In this document: piece by piece, positions 38,926 through 48,962 of the stretch
How the letters are laid out: the number at the start of each line of letters is the position of its first letter
How positions within the stretch are numbered: position 1 is the stretch's first letter
Source: Trueperaceae bacterium
Lineage (GTDB): Bacteria; Deinococcota; Deinococci; Deinococcales; Trueperaceae
Assembly (NCBI GenBank): GCA_965214405.1
Contig: OZ243956.1
Span: 1,344,001 to 1,408,000 of the forward strand
Reading direction: 5' to 3'
Length of the DNA: 64,000 nt
Translations under genes and position numbers: made by a program
The notes under the pieces: model-generated
Told to the model about the DNA's origin: nothing
Database searches by the model: none
What the model saw: the letters and a program-made list of their open reading frames with translations, nothing else

Positions 38926-39432
38926 CTAAGGGCGCGGTGATTTAGTCTTTGAGGAAAGCTCGAGCGCCCGCACGTCCACCTTGTCCTTGTCTCTTAAAAC
39001 CACACCATAAAAATCCGCAATAGCCGCCTTCATCCGCTCCTGCATCTCGGGTGTGAGGGTGACAAAACTTGCACCTTCGTAGAGCACACGGTACGGAGCT
39101 AAAAATCCCACGGGCCAGACGATGCGGCCCAGTTCGCCCACAGTGCGCGGCGGGTCCGCAAGGTAGATGGGCACAAGGTCCACCACAACGTCACCCCTTT
39201 TGTAAAACACATCGCCATCCTCTAAACTCCCGTGCACCCTTTCAAAGCCCTCTTTGACAAGCACAGCCACGGCTCGCTCTGCATGGTCGGCGGAGATGAA
39301 AAAGTCCACGTCGTCGTGCGGGCGAACCTCACGGCCCACCACGAGTTCAACCGCGAAGCCCCCGATAAGCCAGTACAAAAGGCGTTCTTGCTCAAAGGAG
39401 CGCGCGACGGCAAGGGCGTCGGGTAGCGTCAC
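38926..39432 (-). CDS. Nucleotidyltransferase, aminoglycoside/lincosamide NTase-like fold
   Basis: WLIGGFAV...RPHDDVDF...VDL; C-terminal KDKVD. Confidence 0.75.
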   Translation of the reverse strand: MTLPDALAVARSFEQERLLYWLIGGFAVELVVGREVRPHDDVDFFISADHAERAVAVLVKEGFERVHGSLEDGDVFYKRGDVVVDLVPIYLADPPRTVGELGRIVWPVGFLAPYRVLYEGASFVTLTPEMQERMKAAIADFYGVVLRDKDKVDVRALELSSKTKSPRP

Positions 39433-39555
39433 CCGCCGACTTTACCGCAGCACAAGGGCGCACACCAAAGTTGCGCGCGGCGCGCGTAGCTATACTTATG
39501 GGATGAGCCGTTACACCAACAATGCACGCACGTCTCCTGCGTAGGAAAGACCTGA

Positions 39556-40602
39556 ATGCTCAACGTTTCACACATCTACATGGAGCCCGCCGTCCCCACC
39601 TACCCGCGCGGGGCAGAGATTCTGGCGCGCTTTCCCGAGGCCAAGCGTACCGAGGTCCCCTCGCACTGGAACATCCCCGAGCTTCACGGCAACAAGGGTT
39701 TAGCCAAAGACTGGGTGCGCATCAAGCGAACCGTGCTCGTGCTGGGCGTGCGGAAAGGTTTCCCGGTGCGGGTGAACGGGCGCAGCGGCGACTTTATCGC
39801 GCCGGGTTTCGCGAGCGGCTGCGCGATGGCCTGCGCCTACTGCTACGTGCCGCGCCGCAAGGGCTTCGCCAACCCCGTGTCGACGTTTGTCAACATCGAC
39901 GCGATTTTGAAAGCCGTCGCGCGCCACGCCGCCAAGCAGGGTCCCAAGGTGCCCGCGCAGACCGACCCGGATTATTGGGTTTATGACGTTGGCGAGAATT
40001 CTGACTGTTCGGTGGACGCGCTTATTTCAGACAATCTCAAGGACACCGTGGCGCGCTTTCGTGACTTACATAATGCCAAGGCGAGCTTTGCAACCAAATT
40101 TGTCAACCGCGACCTGCTCAGTTATGACTCGCAGGGCAAGACCAGGGTGCGCTTTTCGCTCATGCCTCAGAGGATTGCTCGGGTGGTGGATGTCCGCACC
40201 TCGCCCATGCGGGAGCGAATCGACGCCGTGAACGATTTTGTCGAGGCAGGCTATGAGGTGCATCTCAACTTTAGCCCCATCATCTTGTACGAGGGCTGGC
40301 TGGAGGATTACGCCGCGCTTTTTGACGAGTTGGACGATACCCTCTCCCCCGCCGCCAAGGCGCAGGTCAAGGCGGAGGTTATTTTCTTGACCCACAACGA
40401 GGCGCTGCACGAGGTGAACTTAAAGTGGCACCCCAAGGCCGAGGCGCTTCTCTGGACGCCCGAGACGCAAGAGGCCAAGACCTCGCAGATGGGCGGGACG
40501 AACGTGCGCTACCGTCACGGCTTCAAGGGGGAGCGGGTGCGGGAGTTTCGGGAGCTACTGGCGAAACACATGCCTTACTGTCCGGTTCGTTACGCGTTTT
40601 AG
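39556..40602 (+). CDS. Spore photoproduct lyase family radical SAM protein
   Basis: GCAMACAYC, DVGENSD, FATK, RVRFSL, GYEVHLNFSP, RYAF end. Confidence 0.9.
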   Translation: MLNVSHIYMEPAVPTYPRGAEILARFPEAKRTEVPSHWNIPELHGNKGLAKDWVRIKRTVLVLGVRKGFPVRVNGRSGDFIAPGFASGCAMACAYCYVPRRKGFANPVSTFVNIDAILKAVARHAAKQGPKVPAQTDPDYWVYDVGENSDCSVDALISDNLKDTVARFRDLHNAKASFATKFVNRDLLSYDSQGKTRVRFSLMPQRIARVVDVRTSPMRERIDAVNDFVEAGYEVHLNFSPIILYEGWLEDYAALFDELDDTLSPAAKAQVKAEVIFLTHNEALHEVNLKWHPKAEALLWTPETQEAKTSQMGGTNVRYRHGFKGERVREFRELLAKHMPYCPVRYAF

Positions 40603-40661
40603 AGAAAGGCAGAGAGGGTGAGGCGGTAGTTGGGTGGCTATCCTTTGGGAAGGTACTGGCT

Positions 40662-41165
40662 ATGGATGACAAGCGTGAACTTTTACGGCACTTCCTCGCA
40701 GCCTTCGCCTACCGCACGCAGAAAGCTCTGCGCGGCGCGCCAGAGTCCTTCCACTCATTTCGTGCTGCTCCGAAAGCCAGAACGCCATACGAACTCGTTC
40801 AGCACATGGAGAGCGTTCTCGGTTATGCGCGTACTTTTTTCATCGGCGGAGAGTATAGCCAAGAGCCGCTTGCCGATTTTCAAGCAGAGGCTCTCAGGCT
40901 CCACAGAACCACCGAAGACCTCGCGTACCATCTCGGAAGCGGCACGCCCTTGCAGGGCGTCACGCCGGAGCAGTTGCTGCAAGGACCTTTCTGTGATGCG
41001 ATGACGCACACCGGACAATTAGCGATGCTGCGGCGGCTCGCAGGAGCGCCCGTGCCGCCGGAGAACTTCATCTATGCCGACGTTCGAGCTGACAACTCAG
41101 GCGTAAACCAGCCTGCCCCGGTCAGACCCGGCAACCGGAGGGGAGAGTGGCGTGACGGAGAGTAA
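40662..41165 (+). CDS. DinB-like hypothetical protein (cassette ORF)
   Basis: RTPYELVQHM, DAMTHTGQLAMLRR. Confidence 0.75.
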   Translation: MDDKRELLRHFLAAFAYRTQKALRGAPESFHSFRAAPKARTPYELVQHMESVLGYARTFFIGGEYSQEPLADFQAEALRLHRTTEDLAYHLGSGTPLQGVTPEQLLQGPFCDAMTHTGQLAMLRRLAGAPVPPENFIYADVRADNSGVNQPAPVRPGNRRGEWRDGE

Positions 41166-41194
41166 GACAGACCCACACCCAGCCTAACACCGCC

Positions 41195-41294
41195 GCCCAA
41201 CAGCTCTTTGCACCGGACGCGGAATAGCGGTTCCTTATATCAAGACTCGCGCTGTTCGGTGGTACGCCTGCGCCGATGAAACCAGGTGTTAAAG
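41195..41294 (+). mobile_element. attC-like integron recombination site
   Basis: R'' GCCCAAC, L'' TTGCACCGGACGC, L' GCGCCGATGAA, R' GTTAAAG; two extrahelical bases in the left arm. Confidence 0.8.
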
Positions 41295-41417
41295 AAATGT
41301 TACCAATCTCAACCGTCAAAGGCACTCTTAAAAACCTCCTGTAGTTATTAAGCAGCCCCTCGAGCCCCAGCCCACCCCCCAGCCCATGCTATGCTCTCCC
41401 CTTGGTGGGAGGTTCCC

Positions 41418-44400
41418 ATGCCCAAACGCACGGACATCCATAAAATCTTGATCCTCGGCTCCGGCCCCATCGTGATAGGCCAGGCCGCCGAGTTCGACTA
41501 CTCAGGCACGCAGGCCTGCAAGGCGCTGCGCGGGGCGGGCTTTGAGGTCGTGCTTATCAACTCGAACCCCGCAACCATCATGACCGACCCCGAGGTGGCG
41601 GACAAAACGTATATCGAGCCGCTGACGCTCGAGTTCGCCGAAAAGGTCATCCAGGCCGAAAAGCCCGACGCGCTCCTGCCGACGCTGGGTGGGCAGACGG
41701 CGCTGAACCTCGCCAAGGCGCTTTTCGAGGCGGGCGTGTTGGAAAAATACAGCGTCGAACTCATCGGCGCGAACTATGACGCGATCCAAAAGGGCGAGGA
41801 CCGCCAACTTTTTCAGGCGGCGATGGCGAAAATTGGCATCAAGACCCCGGCGGGCAAGATGGTGGGGAGTGTGGAGGCGGGGCTCGAGTTCGTCCAGGAG
41901 GTCGGCTACCCGGCCATCATCCGGCCATCATTCACGCTCGGCGGCACGGGCGGCGGGATAGCCTACGACGAAGCCGAGTTTCGGGAAGTCGTGCGCGGCG
42001 GGCTTCATGACTCGCCGGTTCATACGGTCCTGGTCGAGCAGTCGGTCTTAGGCTGGAAAGAGTACGAGTTGGAGGTGATGCGCGACACCAACGACACCGT
42101 CGTCATCATCTGCTCGATTGAAAACCTAGACCCGATGGGCGTCCACACGGGCGACTCCATCACGGTGGCCCCCGCGCAAACCTTGTCGGACAAGGAGTAT
42201 CAGCGGCTGCGCGACTATTCCATCGCCATCATCCGCGAAATCGGGGTGGACACGGGCGGCTCGAACATCCAGTTCGCGGTGAATCCCGCCAACGGCGACG
42301 TCATCGTGATTGAAATGAACCCGCGCGTGTCGCGCTCGTCGGCGTTGGCCTCCAAGGCGACGGGCTACCCGATTGCCAAGGTGGCCGCGCTGCTGGCGGT
42401 GGGCTACCATCTGGACGAGCTGCCCAACGACATCACCCGCGTGACCAAGGCAGCGTTTGAGCCCGCGATCGACTACGTGGTGACCAAAATCCCGCGGTTT
42501 GCGTTTGAAAAGTTTCCGAGCGCCCGCACCGATTTGGGCACCCAGATGCGCTCAGTTGGTGAAGTAATGAGCATCGGGCGCACTTTCAAGGAGAGTTTGC
42601 TTAAAGCGATGCGCTCGCTAGAGCTTGACGTGCGTGGTGAGGTGGGAGAGCTTGACGTGGGAGAGCTTATCGCCCGCCTCACCCCCAACCCGCTGCGCTT
42701 AAGCGCGGTTTTGGAACTTCTGCGCCGCGGCAAGAGCGTTCACTACCTTCACGAAAAGACGAGCATCGACCCCTGGTTTTTGTCCCAACTCAAGGAGATT
42801 GTGGACGCCGAGAACGAAATCCGCGCGCTGCCGCCCGTGGGTGAGTGGAACTGGGAACTCTGGCGCGAGGTCAAGCGCCTCGGCTTTAGCGACGCGGATA
42901 TCGCGCGGCTGACCAACGTCTTGCCGGGCGAGGCTCGAGCGCTGCGCCTAACGCACCGGGGCGCGCCGGTTTTTAAGACGGTGGACACCTGCGCCGCCGA
43001 GTTCGAGGCGCACACGCCGTACCACTATTCCACCTACGAATGGGAGGACGAGGTGCGCGGCAGTGACAAGCCCAAGGTGGTGATTCTGGGTTCAGGTCCC
43101 AACCGCATCGGGCAGGGGGTCGAGTTCGACTACGCGACGGTCCACGCGGTCTGGGCCTTGCGCGAGGCGGGTTTTGAGACCGTCATGGTCAACTCGAACC
43201 CTGAAACCGTCTCGACGGACTACGACACCGCCGACAGGCTCTATTTCGAGCCCTTGACCTTTGAGGACGTGCTCAACATCGTTGAGCGCGAGCGGCCTGA
43301 GGGGGTCATTGTGGGCTTGGGCGGTCAGACGCCTCTCAAACTCGCGGGTTCCCTCTCCGAGGCCGGGGTGCCCATCTGGGGCACGCCCGCCGAGGCCATT
43401 CACACCGCCGAAGACCGCGACGCCTTTCACGCGCTTTGTCAGGCGTTAGGCATCCCTCAGCCCAGGGGCGGCGTGGCGACGCGGCCCCTAGACGCGCCAA
43501 ACCTCGCCCGCGACATCGGCTACCCGGTGATGGTGCGGCCTTCCTTTGTGTTAGGGGGACGCGCGATGCTGGTGGTACGGAATGAGGGGGAGCTGGGTCG
43601 GTATCTCGAGGAGGTCTACGCCGACCTGCCGGGCGAGCCGAGCCTGCTGATAGATTCTTTCGTCGAGGGCGCGCAAGAGGTGGACGTGGACGCGCTGGGT
43701 GACGGCAAGACGGCGGTGGTCGCGGGCATTATGGAGCACATCGAGGGCGCGGGCGTCCACTCCGGCGACTCGGCTTGCATCACCCCGCCTGTGACGTTGA
43801 GTGAGGGCGTGCAGCAGACAATTCGAGACTACAGCGTGAAACTTTCCCTAGCGCTGGGCGTGCGCGGGCTCATCAACATTCAGTACCTCATCAAGGACGG
43901 TGAGGTTTTGATTATTGAGGCCAACCCTCGAGCCAGCCGCACCGTGCCCTACCTTTCCAAGGCTATCGGGCACCCTCTAGCCAAGTACGCGGCGCTGATT
44001 GCGGCGGGCGGGACGCTTTCTGAATTGGGCTTTACCGAGACGCCCGTGCCGGAGTTCTACAGCGCCAAGGAGGTCGTGCTGCCCTTTCTCAAGTTTCGCG
44101 GCGTGCTCCCGGTGTTAGGCCCCGAGATGCGCTCGACGGGCGAGAGCATGGGCATCGACCGGAACCCGTATCTGGCCTTTTACAAAGCGCTTCTGGGCGC
44201 GAACGTCACGCTGCCGACCACGGGAACGGCGCTCCTACTTGGAGAGGGTTTAGAGGGTTTGCGTTATGAACTTAATGACCTAAACTTTAGAGTCACCGAT
44301 AACCCCGGCGGCGACTATGACCTCCTTATCGACACCGCCCACACGCCTGAGTTGCGGCGGGCGCTCGAGGACGGTATACCCTACGCCACCACAAAAGAAG

Positions 44401-44504
44401 GCGCGGCGTGGTTGGTCAGGGCCATCGCCGCAGCTAAGGACGCGCGCTTGACGGTCACGCCGCTTCAGGCGCTGGAGGCGAGGGAGCCGAGCGCCAAACC
44501 TTAG
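41418..44504 (+). CDS. carB: Carbamoyl-phosphate synthase large subunit
   Basis: [30 protein letters not shown]; duplicated ATP-grasp domains. Confidence 0.98.
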   Translation: MPKRTDIHKILILGSGPIVIGQAAEFDYSGTQACKALRGAGFEVVLINSNPATIMTDPEVADKTYIEPLTLEFAEKVIQAEKPDALLPTLGGQTALNLAKALFEAGVLEKYSVELIGANYDAIQKGEDRQLFQAAMAKIGIKTPAGKMVGSVEAGLEFVQEVGYPAIIRPSFTLGGTGGGIAYDEAEFREVVRGGLHDSPVHTVLVEQSVLGWKEYELEVMRDTNDTVVIICSIENLDPMGVHTGDSITVAPAQTLSDKEYQRLRDYSIAIIREIGVDTGGSNIQFAVNPANGDVIVIEMNPRVSRSSALASKATGYPIAKVAALLAVGYHLDELPNDITRVTKAAFEPAIDYVVTKIPRFAFEKFPSARTDLGTQMRSVGEVMSIGRTFKESLLKAMRSLELDVRGEVGELDVGELIARLTPNPLRLSAVLELLRRGKSVHYLHEKTSIDPWFLSQLKEIVDAENEIRALPPVGEWNWELWREVKRLGFSDADIARLTNVLPGEARALRLTHRGAPVFKTVDTCAAEFEAHTPYHYSTYEWEDEVRGSDKPKVVILGSGPNRIGQGVEFDYATVHAVWALREAGFETVMVNSNPETVSTDYDTADRLYFEPLTFEDVLNIVERERPEGVIVGLGGQTPLKLAGSLSEAGVPIWGTPAEAIHTAEDRDAFHALCQALGIPQPRGGVATRPLDAPNLARDIGYPVMVRPSFVLGGRAMLVVRNEGELGRYLEEVYADLPGEPSLLIDSFVEGAQEVDVDALGDGKTAVVAGIMEHIEGAGVHSGDSACITPPVTLSEGVQQTIRDYSVKLSLALGVRGLINIQYLIKDGEVLIIEANPRASRTVPYLSKAIGHPLAKYAALIAAGGTLSELGFTETPVPEFYSAKEVVLPFLKFRGVLPVLGPEMRSTGESMGIDRNPYLAFYKALLGANVTLPTTGTALLLGEGLEGLRYELNDLNFRVTDNPGGDYDLLIDTAHTPELRRALEDGIPYATTKEGAAWLVRAIAAAKDARLTVTPLQALEAREPSAKP

Positions 44505-44516
44505 GCGTTCTTTTTC

Positions 44517-44549
44517 GGGGCTCGAGCTTGACGTAGGGCCTCGAGCCCC
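44517..44549. terminator. Hairpin between convergent genes, built from two CTCGAG motifs
   Basis: GGGGCTCGAG-13 nt-CTCGAGCCCC. Confidence 0.55.
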
Positions 44550-44562
44550 CGCTCTCGACATT

Positions 44563-46251
44563 TCAAACAGCGACTTCAAACGTTGGCTGCGTAGGCGTTA
44601 CCTGTTTCTCAGCTTTGCTACGCTGCGTGTAAAACTTGTCCATATAAGGCGTCAAGTCACTCAAGCTCGCCGCACCGCGCCACGCCACGTGTCCGTCGGG
44701 ACGAATGAGAAACGCGCCGGGCTTACTCACGCCGTACGTCTCGCGCAAAGCGGACTCGCTGGCGTTAATGACGTGGACCCGCGTTGTGAGGTTGTAGTCG
44801 TCCAAGGTTGCCTCAGCCCTCGCTTGTTCCGCTTTCACATCAGCGCCCCGACCCACGAACAGCAGCAGGTGGTGGTCTACGCCGCACAAGTGAGAGAAGA
44901 TGCTCTCACCCGAGGTGAAGTGTCCGTACGGCGCACGGTCACCGGGTTTAACCCTCTTAACGCCCTTGTCGCCACCCACCGCCGGACTTTTGCGGTAACC
45001 AATCCAGGTCTGCGAGAGAAACTTGAAAATCCTTTTCCCGACGCTTTCGCGTGAAGCGAGGCTGGTGAGGCGCGGCAAGAGGGCGCTGCGTAAGAGGTGA
45101 AACACGTAGTTGGGCGAGCCGATAAAGGAGAAGCCCTTGTCCGACCCGTTGAGCACGGCCTTGGCGACGGGCATCCGCTCGGGTTCGTAGCTCTCGAGCA
45201 ACCCCTCATCCGCCTGACCCTTAACAACGAGCGCGAGTTTCCAGGCAAGGTTCCAGGCGTCCTGAATGCCCGTGTTCATCCCCTGCCCACCCGCCGGACT
45301 GTGAATGTGCGCCGCGTCGCCCGCCAAAAAGATGCGCCCGACGCGGAACTGTTGGGTCATGCGGCGGTGGATGCGGTACTTAGACACCCAGCGCGTGCTG
45401 GTAATCTTTGCTTTAACAACGCTGTGCTTATCCAAGATTTGCTGGATGTCCTCACCGGTCAGCGTGTCTTTGTCCTCCAAGACTTTCGGGATACGCGCGA
45501 TGATGCGGTACTGGTTGTTGCTGTAGCCGTCCCCGCGCATCGGGAAAAAGGTCAGCATCCCCTGGCGCGGCACCTGGACATAGAACTTGTCGCGTGACAG
45601 CGGCCAGTCGAGGTCTACGTCGGCCACAAACAAGGGGTCGGCGTAGGTCGCGCCGTCAAACTCCAAGGCCAGCGTCTTGCGCACGAAGGAGCTCGCGCCG
45701 TCGGCGGCGATGAGCCACTTCGCCTTCACAGTCTCTTGCTGAGCGTCCTCATGGCGCAAGACGACTGTTACTCTGCTCTCGGCAGGCGTAAGGCTCACAA
45801 CTTCCGTGCTCCGCTCGACGCCGTAGGCACCCTTGGGACCTGTGTGGTCGTTCAAATCATCCAAGAGCATCTTCTCGGTTTTGTTCTGCTCGTGAATCAG
45901 CAGGTAGGGAAAAGGCGAGACGCCCCTCCCGTCGCGCCCCAAGGCCATAAATGGCGTGCCTCCTTTGTCTATGGTGCCTTTCGTGATGAGGTTGAGGGCG
46001 TCCAACGCTTGCCCGCGGGCAAGCGCGCCGTCGGCCAAGCCGAGCTTGTCCCACAGCTCGAGCGTGCGCGCCTGCACCCCCAACGCCTTGGACTTTTTCG
46101 CGGCGGCGGCGTTCTTGTCGATGATGCGGAAATCTACGCCGTAACGCGCTAAAAGCGTGGCGGCGGTGAGGCCGGTGGGTCCGGCTCCCACAATGAGGAC
46201 GTCTGTAGCGCTGGCCGGTAAATCGCTGGGTGTGTTCGTCTGTGCGTTCAT
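44563..46251 (-). CDS. FAD-dependent monooxygenase (PheA/TfdB group A)
   Basis: GAGPTG, ADGASS, GDAAHIHSPAGGQGMN, IRPDGH. Confidence 0.93.
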   Translation of the reverse strand: MNAQTNTPSDLPASATDVLIVGAGPTGLTAATLLARYGVDFRIIDKNAAAAKKSKALGVQARTLELWDKLGLADGALARGQALDALNLITKGTIDKGGTPFMALGRDGRGVSPFPYLLIHEQNKTEKMLLDDLNDHTGPKGAYGVERSTEVVSLTPAESRVTVVLRHEDAQQETVKAKWLIAADGASSFVRKTLALEFDGATYADPLFVADVDLDWPLSRDKFYVQVPRQGMLTFFPMRGDGYSNNQYRIIARIPKVLEDKDTLTGEDIQQILDKHSVVKAKITSTRWVSKYRIHRRMTQQFRVGRIFLAGDAAHIHSPAGGQGMNTGIQDAWNLAWKLALVVKGQADEGLLESYEPERMPVAKAVLNGSDKGFSFIGSPNYVFHLLRSALLPRLTSLASRESVGKRIFKFLSQTWIGYRKSPAVGGDKGVKRVKPGDRAPYGHFTSGESIFSHLCGVDHHLLLFVGRGADVKAEQARAEATLDDYNLTTRVHVINASESALRETYGVSKPGAFLIRPDGHVAWRGAASLSDLTPYMDKFYTQRSKAEKQVTPTQPTFEVAV

Positions 46252-46263
46252 CTCGCGCCTCCT

Positions 46264-46360
46264 TTGACATTTGTCTATTAAAAGACATATGCTAAGTTAG
46301 AGCGTTTGGGGAGAGGTCGTCAAGCACAAACTTTGCGGAATGTCTAGTTCTGGACAGAAA
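46264..46360. promoter_or_regulatory. Divergent promoter with candidate TetR operators
   Basis: GACATTTGTC and AGACATATGCT near-palindromes between the monooxygenase and tetR. Confidence 0.45.
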
Positions 46361-46367
46361 GGATAAA

Positions 46368-47015
46368 GTGTCTCATTCGGCATCCAACCCTGAGTCTGAG
46401 GCGGCGGTAAAAAAGCCAGACCGGCGGACGCGGCGTTCACAGGCGAGGCTCTTCGAGGCGCTGATGGAACTCATACGCGAGAAGCCCTATGAAAGCGTCA
46501 CCGTCTCCGAGATCGCCGAACGCGCGGACGTGGCGCGGGCAACCTTTTACCTGCACTTTGAAGACAAGGACGCGCTTTTGCTGAGTTCGCTCGACGCGCT
46601 CGTTGAAACCATCATTCAAGAACTCAAAAGATTCTCGCAACGGGACCTTCTCAGTGGCGCGCCGCACCCCGCGCTCGTCGTCTTTGAGGTCGTGCAGCGC
46701 GACCCGGACCTTTTTCGCGTTATTCTAAAGGGGCAGGGCGGCAACCTCATGTTGGGACGTCTCCGGCATTACGGGTCGCAGGCGGCGCATCAGGCAATCC
46801 AGACGATGGGCGTGACGCCGTCCGCGCCGCCCGCCGTCATCGCCGACTTTATGGCGGGCGCGATGCTCTCGGTTATCACGGGCTGGCTTGAGGACGACAT
46901 GACAACACCTCCCGATGAAATGGCGCGACTCTTTTACAGCCTCGTCAGGCCGAGCATCTTGGGAGTGCTGGCGCTTGACGGAAGTAGAGCCAAGGTTCAG
47001 GGCCAAAAGGTTTAG
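46368..47015 (+). CDS. TetR/AcrR family transcriptional regulator
   Basis: DRRTRRS...VTVSEIAERADVARATFYLHF HTH. Confidence 0.95.
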   Translation: MSHSASNPESEAAVKKPDRRTRRSQARLFEALMELIREKPYESVTVSEIAERADVARATFYLHFEDKDALLLSSLDALVETIIQELKRFSQRDLLSGAPHPALVVFEVVQRDPDLFRVILKGQGGNLMLGRLRHYGSQAAHQAIQTMGVTPSAPPAVIADFMAGAMLSVITGWLEDDMTTPPDEMARLFYSLVRPSILGVLALDGSRAKVQGQKV

Positions 47016-47050
47016 GGCCAGAAGGTTTAGAACCAAAAGATTTAGAACCA
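46986..47050. repeat. Imperfect 15-bp tandem repeat across the tetR stop
   Basis: AGGGCCAAAAGGTTT / AGGGCCAGAAGGTTT / AGAACCAAAAGATTT plus partial flanking units. Confidence 0.75.
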
Positions 47051-47156
47051 GGGTGTAGCGGCGGTGCTCGAGCCAGAGTGCAGGTAGCTTAGCAGTCACT
47101 CATGAGCCGGAGTTTATAAGCCGAAGCTCACTCGAACCGGATGCTACCGCTTCTGT

Positions 47157-48572
47157 TTAAGTTTCCTCACGGCTTACCACCGTGGGTGCCGCCTCGGCCT
47201 CCTCACGTTCCTCCGGCGCGCGCTCGTGTGTGCCTCTGACGCGCTCCAAGCGGCGCGAGGGGAGGCGGTCGCGGAGGGATAAGGCGTAGCTCGAGAGGTG
47301 CAGCAGGCCCTCCGCGACGCCGTAGCGCAGGCAGAACTCGCCATCGTCCACGCGGGCGACCATGTGAAAGGGGGCCTGGGCGAGGAGCTCTAACACCTTT
47401 AGCGCCCGGTCGCGGGGCATCTGGGTATCGGCGACGACGTCCTCGAGCAAGAAAACGGCGGGCGCTTTCATCGCCGCCAGGCGCGTCAGCACCGCCGAAA
47501 AGTCGCCACGCTCGCCGACGCGTTCTCCCACGGCGCGCTCGAAACGCTCCAGACCGTCCCCGACGAGCCCGCCCTGTTTGAAGTAGGGCTCCAAATCAAA
47601 AGGGCTGACGGGCACCGTTTGCGACACCTCTCGCGCGCGCGAGAGCGCCTCCCACGGCCACAGGCTCACGCCTGCTAAGTCCGCAGGTTCGCCCAGGCGT
47701 TTGAGGTCGCGCCCCGCGCCGAACACCGCTAGGTAGCCCGCGCGCGCCTCGCGGCGTCGGTCGATGACGCGCGTCCACTCTAAGCGCGCGCCCTCCGCGT
47801 GCAGGAGCACGAGCACGCTGTACTGCCGCCGCCCCATCTCGGCGTGCGCCACGAGCTGGTTGTGAGACGTGCCTTCGACGCGGTAGCCAAAGCCGAGCAG
47901 CGCCTCGCGGGCGCGGGCGTGGAGCGAGCCGTCAGGGGAGTCCCCATAGGAGCTACTGTGGGAGCTACTGTGGGCGTGGGGAGAATTAAGACCCGCGTTG
48001 GGAAACATCACGTTGCGCGGGTGGGGCGTGACGCTCACGCGCCGCGCGCCCCCCTCGTTTCCGCCACGACCGGTTTCACCCTCGCGGGGCGGTTTATCGG
48101 GCGCTCCGGCGGCGCTCCAGCGCCCCCCGCGCTTTTGAAGCCGACCATCGTTACGCAAGAGCGCGCCCAAATCCAAGTCCTGGGGCAGGTCCGGGAAGAG
48201 CGAGCGGATCTCGTTTTCGGACAAGGGCGAGCCCATCTCGAGCAGCTTGTCCACCACCCCCGAGGCCGCCCCCGGTTGGGTGTAGTCGGGCCGCCGCGGC
48301 CGCGCCACAGGCGTGAACGCGTAGCGACCGTCCTCAACGAGCTTGATGAGCACCACGTCGTTTACACCAAGGTGATGGTCGCTAAAAAAGTCCCCGAGTC
48401 CCGCGACGACTCGGGGGCTCTGCACCGAGAGCTCGAATTCGGTCCCGCGTTTGGTGTCCACCGCCCGCAGGGTGCCCTCACCCGGAAAAAGGTCCGACAT
48501 GGTTTTGGGCAGGGTCAGTTGCCCCGTACGGAGACATACGCGAGTAAGGGAGTATTTAAAATCAGTCGGCAT
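47157..48572 (-). CDS. Hypothetical multi-domain protein
   Basis: 471-aa ORF with host-like codon usage and GGGAG RBS; no family recognised. Confidence 0.75.
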   Translation of the reverse strand: MPTDFKYSLTRVCLRTGQLTLPKTMSDLFPGEGTLRAVDTKRGTEFELSVQSPRVVAGLGDFFSDHHLGVNDVVLIKLVEDGRYAFTPVARPRRPDYTQPGAASGVVDKLLEMGSPLSENEIRSLFPDLPQDLDLGALLRNDGRLQKRGGRWSAAGAPDKPPREGETGRGGNEGGARRVSVTPHPRNVMFPNAGLNSPHAHSSSHSSSYGDSPDGSLHARAREALLGFGYRVEGTSHNQLVAHAEMGRRQYSVLVLLHAEGARLEWTRVIDRRREARAGYLAVFGAGRDLKRLGEPADLAGVSLWPWEALSRAREVSQTVPVSPFDLEPYFKQGGLVGDGLERFERAVGERVGERGDFSAVLTRLAAMKAPAVFLLEDVVADTQMPRDRALKVLELLAQAPFHMVARVDDGEFCLRYGVAEGLLHLSSYALSLRDRLPSRRLERVRGTHERAPEEREEAEAAPTVVSREET

Positions 48573-48962
48573 AAAGAAGCTCCCGTCACAGCGGCGTGCA
48601 GAGCAGAGGCGTGCAGAGGCCGCGGAATTGGTAAGTCGGCGTGTGCGAGCCCATTTGGGAGAGGCTCAGCGTACGCATGTAGAGTCATTAGCGCCAAGTG
48701 TACCAAAAGACACTCTAAGGTATGCGGACTCTATGGTGAGCCATGCTCCAGTTTGAGCGAGTAAAGTCACGCGTTGTCGTCTAGGACGCGGTGTAAGAGG
48801 CGATAGCCGAGCCGAACTCAACGCCTGTGAAAATCACCACAAAACGCGAAGATAAAGGTTGGATATGGAGCAAATGCGTGAGACCGAAGAAATAGAGACC
48901 AAAGAAATAGAGAGAAGGAGCGGGGGACGCATCCTTCTCTCTACCAGGTGTGTTTAGCGGGG

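Noticed and set aside
47799..48764. 321-aa plus-strand ORF and many similar overlapping ORFs
   Set aside because: Antisense or alternate-frame shadows typical of high-GC coding DNA.
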